Assembly (NCBI GenBank): GCA_963718525.1
Contig: OY970355.1
Coordinates: 1,088,001 to 1,152,000 of the forward strand
DNA: 64,000 nt
Direction of reading: 5' to 3'
From: Candidatus Dormiibacterota bacterium
GTDB lineage: Bacteria > Chloroflexota > Dormibacteria > Aeolococcales > Aeolococcaceae
Under the pieces are notes generated by a model. The model saw only the letters and a list, made by a program, of their open reading frames with translations. It did no database searches and was not told where the DNA came from. Positions 1 to 8,642 of this stretch are shown here, piece after piece. Each line of letters opens with the position of its first letter. Position 1 is the first letter of the stretch. A program made the translations under genes and the position numbers.

Positions 1-46
1 AGGTCTTCAGGCCCTCTATCTCGAGAACGTTGGTCGCGTTATCCAT
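1..46 (-). CDS. 5' end (partial, runs off window) of a probable oligopeptide/dipeptide ABC transporter ATP-binding protein
   Basis: Reverse strand from ATG at 46 reads MDNATNVLEIEGLKT, like the 'LLEVxxLKTxF' N-terminus of OppD/DppD. A GAGGAGG element lies upstream (minus strand, ~63-69). Only 15 codons are visible. Confidence 0.5.
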   Translation of the reverse strand, partial: MDNATNVLEIEGLKT

Positions 47-153
47 GGCGAACTGAGCAATACCTCCTCACGCCGCAGTGTATCAGCGCCACAGTGCCGG
101 TTTGGGTATTGTCGAGCGGCTGCGGATTGGCTAGGCTCCTCGCAGTGAAGGTG

Positions 154-1017
154 ATGGAGGGCGACCCGGGCACACAGGTCGAGGAGGACACATTCGCCGG
201 CGTCCGCGGCCTCCGCATCCACGTCAGGACCTGGCTCCCCGCAGGCGCGCCAACCGGGGTGGTGGTCGTCGCGCACGGGTTCGCAGAACATGCCGGCAGG
301 TACGCGACCCTGGCGGAACGGCTGGTCGCGGATGGGCTCGCCGTTCGCGCCGCCGATCATCGCGGTCATGGGCTGAGCGAGGGCAAGCGCACCAGTGTCG
401 TGCGCTTCCGTGACTACGTCGACGACCTGAACAGTGTGATTGCGCAGGCACGGGCTCGCTGGCCGTCTGAGCCCCTCGTCCTGCTCGGGCACAGCATGGG
501 CGGCCTGATCGCCCTCGATCTCGCGGTGCGGTCCAGCGACGCACTCGACGGCCTCATCGTCTCGGCACCTGCAGCGTGTCCCCGCGACGTGTCGAGGTTG
601 AAGCTCGCCATCGGACGAGCTCTGTCCCGCGTTGCGCCGGACACGGGTGTTCTGCGGCTTCCGCTCGACCGGATCAGCCGAGATCCCGCGGTGGTCGACG
701 CCTACAACCACGACCCGCTCGTGTTCCGCGCACCGATGCGCGCGCGGCTTGGTGCGGAGATGCTCGATGCGATGGACCGTGTCGACGCCGGGCTGCCGTC
801 GCTGAAGGTCCCGCTGCTGGTGATGCAGGGAACCGCCGACGGTCTGGTGGATCCGGGATGTGGACCGCACGTCTACGAGCGCGCGGGCTCGAAGGACAAG
901 ACCCTGAAGATGTATGACGGGCTCTGGCACGAGATCTTCAACGAGCCCGAGCGGGATCACGTGCTCGGCGATCTGATCGCTTGGTTGCGGACGCGTCTCG
1001 CCGCATCACGCGGCTGA
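154..1017 (+). CDS. alpha/beta hydrolase, monoacylglycerol lipase/lysophospholipase family
   Basis: HGFAEH, DHRGHG, nucleophile elbow GHSMGG, QGTAD and HEIFNEP motifs. Confidence 0.9.
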   Translation: MEGDPGTQVEEDTFAGVRGLRIHVRTWLPAGAPTGVVVVAHGFAEHAGRYATLAERLVADGLAVRAADHRGHGLSEGKRTSVVRFRDYVDDLNSVIAQARARWPSEPLVLLGHSMGGLIALDLAVRSSDALDGLIVSAPAACPRDVSRLKLAIGRALSRVAPDTGVLRLPLDRISRDPAVVDAYNHDPLVFRAPMRARLGAEMLDAMDRVDAGLPSLKVPLLVMQGTADGLVDPGCGPHVYERAGSKDKTLKMYDGLWHEIFNEPERDHVLGDLIAWLRTRLAASRG

Positions 1018-1037
1018 CAGCTAGAGTTCGTTGAGCG

Positions 1038-1841
1038 ATGCGTGACGTGTGGGCCGTCAAACCGGGATCCAAGGTCGACATCTCGACACTCGACCCGGCG
1101 GACACGCGTGCGCTGAAGGGCGGGCACAGAGAAGCCGACGCAGCACTCAACGCTGACAGGGCTGCGCTGATCGAATGGCAGACGCGCCTGTGGGCCGAGA
1201 GCAAGCGCTCGTTGCTGCTGATCGTCCAGGGCACCGATGCATCCGGAAAGGACGGCACGATTGCCCATGTGTTCAGCGGTGTCAACCCGCAGGGCACCCG
1301 CGTCACCGCATTCAAAGTGCCCACCGCGGAAGAGCTCGCGCACGACTTCCTCTGGCGCGTTCATCGAGCGGCGCCGCGTGCAGGAGAGATCGGCATCTTC
1401 AATCGGTCCCAGTACGAGGACGTCCTGGTGGCACGCGTGCGCAAGCTCGTCCCGAAGCATGTATGGAAGCAGCGCTACGACGACATCAATGCCTTCGAGT
1501 CGCTGCTCAGCGAAGGCGGCACGACGATCATCAAGTGCTGCCTGCTCATCTCCAAGGACGAGCAGCGCCGGAGGTTTGAAGAGCGCCTCAAAGATCCCCA
1601 GAAACGCTGGAAGTTTCAGCGCGGTGACCTCGAGGATCGAGCCCTCTGGAATCAGTACCAGACCGCATATTCCGAAGCGATCGAACGAACGTCAACGAAA
1701 GCGGCCCCGTGGTACGTGATTCCGGCGGATCTCAAGTGGTATCGCAACTGGGCGGTGAGCCGGCTCCTCATCGAAACGCTCAGCGAGATGGATCCGAAAT
1801 ACCCCGATCCGACCGACCTCGCAGGGCTGACGATAACTTGA
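1038..1841 (+). CDS. ppk2: polyphosphate kinase 2 family protein
   Basis: Walker A QGTDASGKDG, FKVPTAEE, FNRSQYE, WKF..GD, APWYVIPAD.KWYRN. Confidence 0.93.
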   Translation: MRDVWAVKPGSKVDISTLDPADTRALKGGHREADAALNADRAALIEWQTRLWAESKRSLLLIVQGTDASGKDGTIAHVFSGVNPQGTRVTAFKVPTAEELAHDFLWRVHRAAPRAGEIGIFNRSQYEDVLVARVRKLVPKHVWKQRYDDINAFESLLSEGGTTIIKCCLLISKDEQRRRFEERLKDPQKRWKFQRGDLEDRALWNQYQTAYSEAIERTSTKAAPWYVIPADLKWYRNWAVSRLLIETLSEMDPKYPDPTDLAGLTIT

Positions 1842-1864
1842 TCCGCTGCAGCTGACCGGTTGCG

Positions 1865-2413
1865 TCACGCGGGCCGATGGGCGATCCATACCATGTGGCA
1901 TCCGGTGCTCGCCGGCGAATCCGTCGCGGCCGGGATGACGCGGTCGAGCCGGAAACCAAGCCTTCGCGGAACGCCCGCACTCGCGATGTTGGCTTGGTCG
2001 CAATGGATTTCGACCCGATGCACGCCGGGAAGCGCGAATGCGGCATCGGTGAGCAGACGCGATGCGGCCGTGGCGATGCCACGACGCCGATATCCGGCGT
2101 GAATCCAGTAGCCGATCTCCAGCGCTTCCGGACCGATGCGGGGCATCAGGCCACATCCGCCCACGAAGAGACCGGAATCGCGCAGCGTGATCGCGTAGTT
2201 GGCGGCTGCGTCGCCGCCGAATTGCGCCACGGAGGGCCCGAGAAATGCCATGACCGACGCGTCCGTCGGTGCTGTCTGCGCCCAGGGCATCCATTGCCGG
2301 AGGCTGTCAAGGCTCGCCGCGATTGCGTCCTTGAGGGCTGCGCCGTCGGTGAATCGGTAACGGCGCAGCACCACCGTGTCACCGCGCAACGCTTCGGGAG
2401 GGTGGAACTGCAT
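1865..2413 (-). CDS. GNAT N-acetyltransferase, RimJ/RimL family
   Basis: LRQWMPWA, EIGYWI..YRRRGIA, N.ASAGVPRRLGF. The start was moved to 2413 because the longer ORF overlaps the tRNA. Confidence 0.88.
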   Translation of the reverse strand: MQFHPPEALRGDTVVLRRYRFTDGAALKDAIAASLDSLRQWMPWAQTAPTDASVMAFLGPSVAQFGGDAAANYAITLRDSGLFVGGCGLMPRIGPEALEIGYWIHAGYRRRGIATAASRLLTDAAFALPGVHRVEIHCDQANIASAGVPRRLGFRLDRVIPAATDSPASTGCHMVWIAHRPA

Positions 2414-2442
2414 ACGAGAGATTCTCTCGTTCCAGCCGCACG

Positions 2443-2521
2443 TGGCGACCCCGATCGGATTCGAACCGACGATCTCCACCTTGACAGGGTGGCGTGTTAG
2501 GCCAGGCTACACCACGGGGCC
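2443..2521 (-). tRNA. tRNA-Asp (anticodon GTC), CCA encoded
   Basis: Reverse complement GGCCCCG-TG-GTGT AGCCTGGCCTA ACAC-G-CCACC CTGTCAA GGTGG-AGATC-GTCGG TTCGAAT CCGAT-CGGGGTC-GCCA folds as a cloverleaf with G discriminator. Confidence 0.97.
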
Positions 2522-2545
2522 GCGAAGCACCCGATCATAGCAACC

Positions 2546-3022
2546 ATGCCTCGCCGCCCCATGCGCCCCAACGAGATCTCGTCCGGAGGCGTGGTGGTGC
2601 GACGATGCATCGACGGCTATGAGATCTGCCTTGTGAGCGATGGCAAGTACTGGGGGTTCCCCAAGGGCCACGTCGAGCCTGGAGAAACGCCGGAGGCAGC
2701 GGCGCTGCGCGAGGTCTCCGAGGAGACGGGCATCCCCATCCAATTGCTGGCTATCCGTTCCCCACTGCCCGCGACCGAGTATGTGTACCGGCGGCCGAAC
2801 CACGGTCCCCTGGTCTTCAAACGCGTCCATCACTTCATCGTCGAGGCGCCCGCCGACGCGGAGCTGAACCCCGATCCCGCTGAGATCGCTGAGGCCGTAT
2901 GGCTTGGGTTCGATGCGGCGAGAGCCCGGGTCAGCTTCAAGAGCAGCGTCGAGATCCTCGATGCGGCGCGGAGCGCCCTCGAGCCGGAGCCCCCGGAAGG
3001 GACGCGTTCGAGCGCGCCGTAG
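2546..3022 (+). CDS. NUDIX hydrolase
   Basis: Nudix box GHVEPGETPEAAALREVSEETG. Confidence 0.9.
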   Translation: MPRRPMRPNEISSGGVVVRRCIDGYEICLVSDGKYWGFPKGHVEPGETPEAAALREVSEETGIPIQLLAIRSPLPATEYVYRRPNHGPLVFKRVHHFIVEAPADAELNPDPAEIAEAVWLGFDAARARVSFKSSVEILDAARSALEPEPPEGTRSSAP

Positions 3023-3033
3023 AATCGGGCCGA

Positions 3034-4233
3034 ATGCAATTGTTCGACACCGCTCGCCGGGAGGTGGTGCCCTTCGAGCCGCTGGGCGGACGGGTCGGCA
3101 TCTACGTCTGCGGCATCACGCCCTACAACTCGGCGCACCTCGGCCACGCCTTCGTCTACCACGTCTTCGACGTCCTGCATCGCCGGTTTCGTGCGGCGGG
3201 CATTGGCGTGCGGAGCGTCCGCAACATCACCGATGTCGACGACGACATCCTTCGGGTCGCACGTGAGCGGGGCATGGACTTCCGAGAGCTCGCCACCGAG
3301 CAGGTGCGGATGTTTGACCACGACATGGCTGCGATCGGCCTCCTCCCCGTTGACGCAGCGCCGCGCGCAACCGAACACGTGGAGGAGATGGTCGAATGGA
3401 TCGCAAGGCTCGTCGAGGGCGGTTACGCGTATGCCGTCGACGGCTGGGTCTTCTTCGAGTCGGGCGTCTACCCCGACTACGGACGGCTCAGTCACCTGGA
3501 CCACGCGACCATGACTGCGCTGAGCCGGGAGCGCGGCGGAGACCCCGACGACCCACGCAAACGCCATCCCCTTGACTTCGTGCTCTGGCAGTCGTCGGCC
3601 CCGTCCGAGCCGAGCTGGCCGAGCCCATGGGGCCCCGGCCGCCCGGGCTGGCACATCGAGTGCACCGTGATGGCCACCGGCACGCTGGGACACCCCATCG
3701 ACATCCACGGCGGGGGTGAGGACCTGATCTATCCGCACCACGAGTCGGAGATCGCCCAGGCCGAGGCGGGCGGGGTGGCGCCGTACGTGCGCCAGTGGAC
3801 CCACGTGGCCATGGTCAACCTCGACGGCGTGAAGATGAGCAAGTCGCTGGGCAACCTCGTCTTCGTGCGCGACCTGCTCGGCCGCGTCCCTGGCCCCGCG
3901 GTGCGCCTCTTGCTCGCAGCGCATCACTACCGGCAGTCCTGGTCCTACAAGGACAGCGAGGTCGATACCGCGGCAGCGCGGTACCGTCGGTACCTGGCCG
4001 CGATGCAGGGTGGTGGCGCGCTCAGCCACGAGGCAGCGGAGGAGCACGAGCGCCGATTCTTCGAACGCCTCGACGACGACCTCGACACTCCCGGGGCGCT
4101 CAAGGAGCTCGACGCCATCGCGGACGAGCTCTCGGGCGACGGCGCCGCGGCCGCACCTGGTCCGGAGGGCCAGCAGCAACTCGGAAGGTTGCTGGGAGTC
4201 CTCGGCGCCGAGACCGAGGCAGTTCCTGTTTGA
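3034..4233 (+). CDS. cysteine ligase of the CysRS/MshC family (MshC-like; lacks the CysRS C-terminal anticodon-binding domain)
   Basis: CGITPY..AHLGH, NITDVDD, ERGGDPD, GWHIEC, GGGEDLIYPHHE and KMSKS motifs. About 399 aa, ending after a DALR-like segment (DDDLDTPGAL). Confidence 0.85.
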   Translation: MQLFDTARREVVPFEPLGGRVGIYVCGITPYNSAHLGHAFVYHVFDVLHRRFRAAGIGVRSVRNITDVDDDILRVARERGMDFRELATEQVRMFDHDMAAIGLLPVDAAPRATEHVEEMVEWIARLVEGGYAYAVDGWVFFESGVYPDYGRLSHLDHATMTALSRERGGDPDDPRKRHPLDFVLWQSSAPSEPSWPSPWGPGRPGWHIECTVMATGTLGHPIDIHGGGEDLIYPHHESEIAQAEAGGVAPYVRQWTHVAMVNLDGVKMSKSLGNLVFVRDLLGRVPGPAVRLLLAAHHYRQSWSYKDSEVDTAAARYRRYLAAMQGGGALSHEAAEEHERRFFERLDDDLDTPGALKELDAIADELSGDGAAAAPGPEGQQQLGRLLGVLGAETEAVPV

Positions 4234-4237
4234 GGGG

Positions 4238-4933
4238 TCAGCGGCCCCAGGGCGCGCGGTCGCCGCGAGCCCGGAAACGCAGCACTGCCGACGAGATGTT
4301 CTCCTCGAGGAACCGGTAGAAGAGCTGGCGCTGCGAAATGTCGATCGCAGCCTCGACCTCCTGGCCCTCGCGACGCCGTGCGATCCACGGCGGGACGCCG
4401 TCCGCGACCATCTCGGTACCGACGCGGACGTGCACCAGCGAGTCGTTGTCCTCGCTCACGTGCACGGTGACCTTGAGGATGAGGCCCGTGTGTTCGACGA
4501 TCCGCCAGCTCCGTTCCCAGCGAGCCTTGCGAGCCGGGTCATGAGCAAGACGGACGGATTCGTCGACGATGACGCTCTCGCCGCTTCGGGCTGCGCGGCC
4601 GAGGAGGCGCCGGATGCTCTGATCGAGATCGCGAGCGATCCAGTTGACGAGCGAGGGGGCGCGATCATTGAGGTCAGGAAAGCCGTTCGGATCCTTGGCC
4701 AGCTCGCCGATGGCCTGCACGGTGCCGGCATGACGGCGGCAGTAGCTGATCCCCGAGAACGCCACGCTGTGCGCCGGGCAGAACGACGCCGTACACGGCC
4801 GCCCGCGCCGGTCGCGGTACGCGCAGAGCTGGGCATTGCTGTTGGTGCATCCGCGCAGGCCGCAGGGTCGGGCCGTGGAAACGGAAATGCCATTGCCGGT
4901 GTTGTGCGGGCTGGGCTGGTACACGGTGGTCAT
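4238..4933 (-). CDS. hypothetical protein with N-terminal Cys/His-rich putative zinc finger
   Basis: Downstream of aroF. Pattern CGLRGC..C..C.ASFCPAH..YCRRH, followed by a globular-looking domain. Confidence 0.65.
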   Translation of the reverse strand: MTTVYQPSPHNTGNGISVSTARPCGLRGCTNSNAQLCAYRDRRGRPCTASFCPAHSVAFSGISYCRRHAGTVQAIGELAKDPNGFPDLNDRAPSLVNWIARDLDQSIRRLLGRAARSGESVIVDESVRLAHDPARKARWERSWRIVEHTGLILKVTVHVSEDNDSLVHVRVGTEMVADGVPPWIARRREGQEVEAAIDISQRQLFYRFLEENISSAVLRFRARGDRAPWGR

Positions 4934-4956
4934 CGGCGGAACTCCACGCGACGATC

Positions 4957-6009
4957 CTACCCCCCGCTTGCCGCCCTCACCGGTGACGGAGCTGTTGCGA
5001 CCTGTCGATCCAGTGCGACGGCCAGACGGCGAATCGATCCCATCAGCTCCGCGAACGCCGCCGGCGTCAGCGACTGGGCGCCGTCGCTCAAGGCCCGCTC
5101 TGGATCGGGATGCACCTCGATCATCAGGCCGTCGGCGCCTGCCGCGAACGCTGCCCGTGCCATCGGGGGGACGAGAGGGCGGTGGCCCGTGGCATGGGAG
5201 GGATCGACGATAACCGGCAGGTGGGAGAGCGACTTCACCACGGGCACGGCGCTCAGGTCGAGGGTGTTGCGCGTCGCCGCCTCGAACGTGCGGATGCCGC
5301 GCTCGCACAGCACCACGTTGGGGTTGCCGTGGGCGACCACATACTCGGCGGCGAGCAGCCATTCCTCGATGGTGTTGCTCAGTCCTCGCTTGAGCAGGAC
5401 CGGCCGGCGCGCGCCTCCCACCGCCTCGAGCAATGCGAAGTTCTGCGCGTTCCGCGTCCCCACCTGCAGCATGTCCGCATATTCAGAGACGAGGTCGACG
5501 TCCGCCGGCGTCAGCACCTCGGTCACCACCGGCAGCCCCGTCGCCTCACGAGCATCGGCGAGATGGCGCAGGCCGTCCAACCCGAGCCCCCGAAATGAGT
5601 ACGGGGACGACCGCGGCTTGAAGGCGCCACCGCGGAACATCGTCGCGCCCGCGTCGGCGACGTCGCGCGCTGTCGCAAGCACCTGATCGCGGCTCTCGAC
5701 GGCACATGGACCCGCGATGACGACCAGTGACCCGTCGCCGAACCGTACGCCGGAGGCATCGACCACCGTCGCCTCGGGGTGCCACTCGCGGGTGACCTGC
5801 TTGTAAGGCTTGCTCACAGGGATCGCGTCGACGACACCGGGAAGATCGCAGATGGCGTCCCGTATCGATCCCGGATTGCTGCCGAGGACGCCGATCGCGA
5901 GACGATCCGCGCCGGGCAGCTCGATCGGCTCGAAGCCACGTTCACGCACGTGCTTGATGACATTGGCAACCTGCTGGGGCGTTGCCTGCACGTTCATGAC
6001 GATCAGCAT
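4957..6009 (-). CDS. aroF: 3-deoxy-7-phosphoheptulonate (DAHP) synthase, type Ibeta, with N-terminal regulatory domain
   Basis: [57 protein letters not shown]. Confidence 0.95.
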   Translation of the reverse strand: MLIVMNVQATPQQVANVIKHVRERGFEPIELPGADRLAIGVLGSNPGSIRDAICDLPGVVDAIPVSKPYKQVTREWHPEATVVDASGVRFGDGSLVVIAGPCAVESRDQVLATARDVADAGATMFRGGAFKPRSSPYSFRGLGLDGLRHLADAREATGLPVVTEVLTPADVDLVSEYADMLQVGTRNAQNFALLEAVGGARRPVLLKRGLSNTIEEWLLAAEYVVAHGNPNVVLCERGIRTFEAATRNTLDLSAVPVVKSLSHLPVIVDPSHATGHRPLVPPMARAAFAAGADGLMIEVHPDPERALSDGAQSLTPAAFAELMGSIRRLAVALDRQVATAPSPVRAASGG

Positions 6010-6034
6010 CGCCTGATCCTACGAGAACCAGGGC

Positions 6035-6613
6035 TCACCCCCACGTCCAGGCGTTCAGGATTCCCTGCAAGCCGGCGCCGTCCAGGCTGAACGTGGCCTG
6101 GGGCGCGGTGAGAGCAATCTCGTAGGTGTTGCCCGCCTGATTCACCACCATGATCTCGTGCTCCAGCGCGACGCCGCCCGGAGTTCCGCTCGCAGGAACA
6201 CCGCTGACAAAGGTCACGAGCACGCCGGAAACACCATCGATGTCGACGGGCTCAGGCTGGCTGACGCTCGTCGAGCCGGCCGGTATCACGCTGGTCAGAT
6301 ACTGCGACAGCTGATCGTCGGCAACCGGCGTCGGCGCCGTCCTGGCAACCACGAGGCCGTGATCCGGTGCGGTCAGGATCATGAGCACGGTGCCGGCGCC
6401 GCTCGCCGCGGTGACGGCGCTCTGATTCGTGGTCTCGTCCTGCCACCCCGGAGGGATGTTGGTGCGAAATCCCGTTCCGGCAAACGGCGACGGTGCCACC
6501 GTGGGAGTCGATCCCGCCGATGTGCTCGAGCTCGGGGTCACGGTTGGCGTGCTCCCAGCGCACGCGCTCACCAGCAGCATCGCAGCGCATGCGCCCACCG
6601 TCAGGGCGTGCAT
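6035..6613 (-). CDS. putative lipoprotein (PsbP/DcrB-like fold possible)
   Basis: Signal peptide with lipobox LVSA-C, a Ser/Thr/Pro linker, 'F...IPPGW', and C-terminal 'ILNAWTW'. Confidence 0.65.
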   Translation of the reverse strand: MHALTVGACAAMLLVSACAGSTPTVTPSSSTSAGSTPTVAPSPFAGTGFRTNIPPGWQDETTNQSAVTAASGAGTVLMILTAPDHGLVVARTAPTPVADDQLSQYLTSVIPAGSTSVSQPEPVDIDGVSGVLVTFVSGVPASGTPGGVALEHEIMVVNQAGNTYEIALTAPQATFSLDGAGLQGILNAWTWG

Positions 6614-6696
6614 GGAGGCGGAGGGCAAGGTCACGTCTCCGAGGATAGCCGAGCGATCCCGCCTGAGCAGGTGCCGATGCGAGGAGAATCCCACGC

Positions 6697-7521
6697 ATGG
6701 CAACGAGCTCCGCCCTCCGTGTCACGCGGCTCGGACCTGCGCACGCACATCAGCTCACCTCGCTCATCGACCGCGAGCCGGTCACGAACGTCTACCTGCG
6801 CAGCGAGCTGCGGCTTGGTTTCGAGGCCGGCGACTGGTGGGGCGCATTCGACGACGGCGCGCTGACCTCCGTGGTGCTCGGCTGGTCGCTGGTGGTGCCG
6901 TACATCCCGGATCCCGGCGCCGCACCGGCGCTCGCGCAGGCGCTCACCAGCAGCGCGCAGCCGCGCATGGTCGTCGGCCACAGGTCATCCGTCATGGCTC
7001 TGCACAACGCGTTTCGACCGCCTCGTCCGGCGCGCGAACTGCGCGATCCCCAGCCGCTCATGGTCCTTGATCGCGGCGATCTCAACGGCACGCCCTCTGA
7101 AGAGGTCCGTCTCTCCACACCGAGCGACCTCGAGGCGCTCATCGTCGCAGCGGCGCGGATGCACCGTGAGGAGATGGGCGTCGACCCGCTCGTGGTCGAT
7201 GCGCCGGCGTGGCGGATGCGCATGCTCAGCCTGATTGATCGACGCTGGAGCTGGATCTGGATGCGCGATCACGAGGTGCTGTTCAAGGCCGAGCTGTCGG
7301 CATGGACGCCCGACGTGGTGCAGATTCAGGGCGTCTACACCGCTCCGAAGTATCGTGGCCAGGGAGTCGCACGCGCGGGCCTCGCCGCGGTGTGCACGCA
7401 CGTCTTCAAGGACGTGCCGCGCTGCAGCCTCTACGTCAATGAGTACAACGTGATCGCGCAGCGCGTGTACCAGCGGCTGGGATTCACATCCACGGACGTG
7501 TTCGCCACAGTGATGTACTAA
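6697..7521 (+). CDS. GNAT acetyltransferase (DUF4081/FR47-like)
   Basis: C-terminal QIQGVYTAPKYRGQG and SLYVNEYN..A..VY.RLGF. Confidence 0.85.
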   Translation: MATSSALRVTRLGPAHAHQLTSLIDREPVTNVYLRSELRLGFEAGDWWGAFDDGALTSVVLGWSLVVPYIPDPGAAPALAQALTSSAQPRMVVGHRSSVMALHNAFRPPRPARELRDPQPLMVLDRGDLNGTPSEEVRLSTPSDLEALIVAAARMHREEMGVDPLVVDAPAWRMRMLSLIDRRWSWIWMRDHEVLFKAELSAWTPDVVQIQGVYTAPKYRGQGVARAGLAAVCTHVFKDVPRCSLYVNEYNVIAQRVYQRLGFTSTDVFATVMY

Positions 7522-7535
7522 GCGGTAGAGCATCC

Positions 7536-7997
7536 ATGATCGAGACACGCGCCGACGTCACACTGCCCGTCACCCCCGAAGAAGCCTTCGCGGTGGTGGC
7601 GGACATCGAGCATGCTGACTGGCTTCCAGCCATCCGCCGGCTTCGACACATCGGGGGGCCGTCCGGCGGGGTTGGTGCGCGGTACGAGGTCGAGGCGGGG
7701 CTCGTGGGCCGCCACCTGCGCGGGGTGCTCGTCTGCACCGAGCTGACGCCGCCGATACGGATGGTGCTGACCCTCGAGGAGGGTTTGGATCTGACCCTCG
7801 AGGTCACCATCCGCAAGGTGACAGGCGGCTGTTCGGTGGTGATGGCGGCGCGATACTCGGTGAGCGGCCGCCCGTTTGCGGGTGCGGTCGAGCTCGCCTC
7901 TCAGGGCGCCGCGCGACGCGAGACCGCCCGTGCCTGCGAGCAGCTGGCGGCACGGTTTGGTCGCAAGAGCGGTAGCGTCGAGAGCGCCGCACGGTGA
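7536..7997 (+). CDS. SRPBCC/polyketide cyclase family protein
   Basis: 'V.LPVTPEEAFAVVADIE...W' start and GVGARY motif; 153 aa. Confidence 0.75.
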   Translation: MIETRADVTLPVTPEEAFAVVADIEHADWLPAIRRLRHIGGPSGGVGARYEVEAGLVGRHLRGVLVCTELTPPIRMVLTLEEGLDLTLEVTIRKVTGGCSVVMAARYSVSGRPFAGAVELASQGAARRETARACEQLAARFGRKSGSVESAAR

Positions 7998-8001
7998 TCG
8001 A

Positions 8002-8580
8002 ATGACCAAGAGCGAGCTGACCGACGTCGAGATCCTGGACACCAAGGTGCGCACGCTGCCGCCGCTGACCGAGGCGGCCACCGCGGCGCTCCTCGCCGAG
8101 GTCCGGGTCAACGGCCGTGGCCCGGCGCTCGATGAGCTGGTCGAGCATCAGCTCGCGGCCATCATCGCGCTCGCAGAGGCCCGGCGTGGCCAGGGCGTCG
8201 AGGTCGGCGACCTGACCCAGGAGGGGACGATTGCCGGCGTGGTCGCGGTCATGGAGTATGCCGGGCAGGGTGGTCCCGCCTCGGGGCTGGAGCGATTCGT
8301 CAGCCGCCTGGTCGCGTCCCATATGGACGACACCGTCGAGCTCGCTGCGATCGAGCGCGCGAGTGACGAGGCGTTCGTCCGCGACACCGAGATCTATGAG
8401 GCTGCGGAGATCCGCGCTCGTCACGAATTCGGCCGCACCCCGACGGTGCTCGAGCTCGCCGCGGAGCTGGGTTGGCCCGAAGAGCGCGTGGCCATCGTCG
8501 GCACGATCCTCAATGAGGCGAGAGCCCGCTACGACAGCGAGCTCGTCGAATACCTGGACGACGTCGACGAGGAGGAGTAG
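8002..8580 (+). CDS. degenerate, truncated sigma-70 (group 1/2)-like protein: regions 1.2, 2 and 3, no region 4
   Basis: LPPLT (region 1.2), ALDELVEHQL..I.ALA...GQG...DLTQEG (2.1-2.2), GRTPT..ELAAELG...ERV (3.1), acidic end. Confidence 0.75.
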   Translation: MTKSELTDVEILDTKVRTLPPLTEAATAALLAEVRVNGRGPALDELVEHQLAAIIALAEARRGQGVEVGDLTQEGTIAGVVAVMEYAGQGGPASGLERFVSRLVASHMDDTVELAAIERASDEAFVRDTEIYEAAEIRARHEFGRTPTVLELAAELGWPEERVAIVGTILNEARARYDSELVEYLDDVDEEE

Positions 8581-8642
8581 GCGCCGGCGGCGTCAGCTAC
8601 TGGCCGGCGAAGCCTGCTTCTGGGCGTCGATCGGACGCTGAC

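Noticed and set aside
2443-2521. tRNA-Asp as the integration site of a genomic island
   Set aside because: No integrase, no duplicated tRNA 3' end seen in the window, and the flanking genes have host-like composition.
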